A program made the translations under genes and the position numbers. A stretch of 24,684 nt of DNA, from the IMG/VR virus record IMGVR_UViG_3300033067_000423, positions 1-24,684 of that record; one strand, 5' to 3'. Origin of the DNA: a virus (lineage: Duplodnaviria > Caudoviricetes). Shown in pieces: positions 23,057 to 24,684 of this stretch (positions within the stretch are counted from its first letter, which is position 1; each line of letters begins with the position of its first letter). The notes under the pieces are model-generated. The model was not told the DNA's origin and did no database searches. It saw nothing but the letters and a program-made list of their open reading frames with translations.

Positions 23057-24684
23057 ATGGCCATCAACACCGCACCGACCTTCACGCCCGGCCAGCGCTT
23101 GAGCCCTGAGCAGTTGGCGCAGATGATGGCGCTGTCGAAGAACGACCAGCGCAGCGGCTCCATGCCGGGCAAGTTCGGCCCGCAGATCACGTTCGAGGCC
23201 AACCAGGTGCAGCGCGGCACCAGCGTGGGCGCCGATGCCGAGTACATGCCCGACCCGTCCGGGTCCGGCCGCTACCTGATCAGCCAGCCGCGCAACGTGT
23301 CCAACATGGGTGGCAACGATGTCACCGACGTGTGGGACCAGGACGGCAACTACCTGGGCACGTCCAGCGGCATGACCGACCTGCGCGGGCTGGCCACGAT
23401 CACGGCGATGGCGCTGGGCGGGGCCTACGCCAATGGTGGGTTCGGCGCTGGCACGGCCGGCGGCGCTGGTGGCACTGCAGGTGCTGCTGGCATGACGGCA
23501 TCCGAGCAGGCCTCGATGATGGCCGCCAACGGCATGACGGATATGCAGATTGCGCAGGCGCTTGGCGGGCAAGTGGGTGCCGACCTGACGACGGCAACGG
23601 GCATGAGCGCCGCAGCCAATGGCGTATCGAACACCACCAACCTTGGTGACTGGTGGGACAAGGCCAAGACGTTCGCTCAAAGCCTTGGGAATGGGAACAG
23701 CAGTGCTGCGGCAAGCACAGGGAGCAACAGCATGAACTGGCTTGACGTGATCAACACCGCCGCCGGCATCTACGGGATGGCCCAGGCCGGGCAGAACTCC
23801 AGCGATGCGACGGCAGCCATGCAGAACGTGGCCAACGGCCAGATGGCGCTGAACAAGGAGGCGCTGGACTGGTACAAGCAGGTCTACGCCGACCAGGCGC
23901 CAGACCGCGCTGCTGCGACGCAACGGGCCAACGCCATCAGCGACTCGCTGCTGACCGGCATGAACTTCGCCAACACTCAGGCGCAGGAGCTCGACCAGTA
24001 CAACAAGACCACCTTCCGCCCGATCGAGCAGCGGATGGCGGCTGACGCCGTCGACTACAACACCGCCGAGCGCCGCGAGACGGCGGCCAACGACGCCACC
24101 GGGCAGGTGGCCACCTCCTACGACATCCAGCGCCAGCAGGCGCAGCGCGACATGGAGCGAGCGGGCGTCGACCCGAGCACGATCTACGCGCTGGGCGTGT
24201 CGTCGCGGCTGGACGAGGCCAAGGCCCAGGCCGGCGCCGCCAACACCGCGCGCACCGGCGTCGAGCAGCAGGGCTGGAGCCGCATGGCCGACGTGGCGAA
24301 CATGGGCCGCGGCATCGCCAGCCAGCAGGCCACGCAGCAGCAGATCGCCACCACCACCGGCAACAGCAGCACGTCCAACGCCGTGCAGGGCCTGAACGCC
24401 ACGCAGTCGGGCAACGACCTGATGGCCAAGGGCTACCAGAACGCCACGCAGGGCAACCAGGTGGTGGGCGGCCTGTTCAACCAGGTGGCCAACGGCCAGC
24501 GGCAGGACGACCAGATGCTGATCAACGGCGTCGGCGGCATCACAAACTACCTGGGCAACAAGTCATACACGAGCTCCAAGAAGGTCAAGAGCAACACCGG
24601 CCGGATGATGGACAACGCCAAGGCGCTCGAGCAGGTGGAAGACCTGCCCGTCAAGCGCGAGTGGAAGTACGACCCGAAGAAGGG
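23057..24684 (+). CDS. Putative ejection (internal virion/DNA pilot) protein with S74-like intramolecular chaperone motif; 3'-truncated by the window
   Basis: Absent from the ORF track (no stop in window); manually translated open frame of 542 codons from MAINTAPTF, rich in Gly/Ala/Gln/Asn, ending YTSSKKVKSNTGRMMDNAKALEQVEDLPVKREWKYDPKK; GAGGA RBS. Confidence 0.7.
   Translation, partial: MAINTAPTFTPGQRLSPEQLAQMMALSKNDQRSGSMPGKFGPQITFEANQVQRGTSVGADAEYMPDPSGSGRYLISQPRNVSNMGGNDVTDVWDQDGNYLGTSSGMTDLRGLATITAMALGGAYANGGFGAGTAGGAGGTAGAAGMTASEQASMMAANGMTDMQIAQALGGQVGADLTTATGMSAAANGVSNTTNLGDWWDKAKTFAQSLGNGNSSAAASTGSNSMNWLDVINTAAGIYGMAQAGQNSSDATAAMQNVANGQMALNKEALDWYKQVYADQAPDRAAATQRANAISDSLLTGMNFANTQAQELDQYNKTTFRPIEQRMAADAVDYNTAERRETAANDATGQVATSYDIQRQQAQRDMERAGVDPSTIYALGVSSRLDEAKAQAGAANTARTGVEQQGWSRMADVANMGRGIASQQATQQQIATTTGNSSTSNAVQGLNATQSGNDLMAKGYQNATQGNQVVGGLFNQVANGQRQDDQMLINGVGGITNYLGNKSYTSSKKVKSNTGRMMDNAKALEQVEDLPVKREWKYDPKK

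Larger units (their letters stand above)
1..24684 (+). mobile_element. Tailed phage/prophage late-gene region, podovirus-like; both ends lie outside the window
   Basis: Co-directional terS-terL-portal-scaffold-capsid-adaptor-lysis-tail genes with overlapping stop/start codons; no tape measure, tube or sheath gene recognised. Confidence 0.95.

Overview
The window is the late (packaging, head, lysis, tail) region of a GC-rich tailed phage or prophage with podovirus-type organisation, and all credible genes are on the + strand. Order: small terminase, PBSX-type large terminase, three inserted small genes (one N4-gp49/Sf6-gp66-like), P22-like portal, acidic scaffold-like protein, a CsrA-like small protein, a lower-GC HTH/HNH-like insert, N4-gp56-type major capsid protein, head/adaptor genes, lysis cassette (holin candidate, GH24 endolysin, Rz with embedded Rz1), a DUF1508 gene, a ~5.7 kb accessory structural module including a LamG plus 10-repeat protein, tail nozzle-like protein, LamG tail fibre, and a truncated ejection-type protein ending in an S74-like chaperone motif. 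No integrase, tRNA, CRISPR or reverse transcriptase is seen. The most notable signals are non-coding: a perfect 17-bp palindrome GTGGAGTC(C/G)GACTCCAC present four times (three in frame as VESDST, one beside a promoter), six CGGTTG...N16...nAnnnT promoter-like motifs at module boundaries, a putative three-hairpin RNA with an anti-Shine-Dalgarno loop upstream of terS, and a structured capsid-gene leader. All family assignments are from motif recognition by eye, not database searches.
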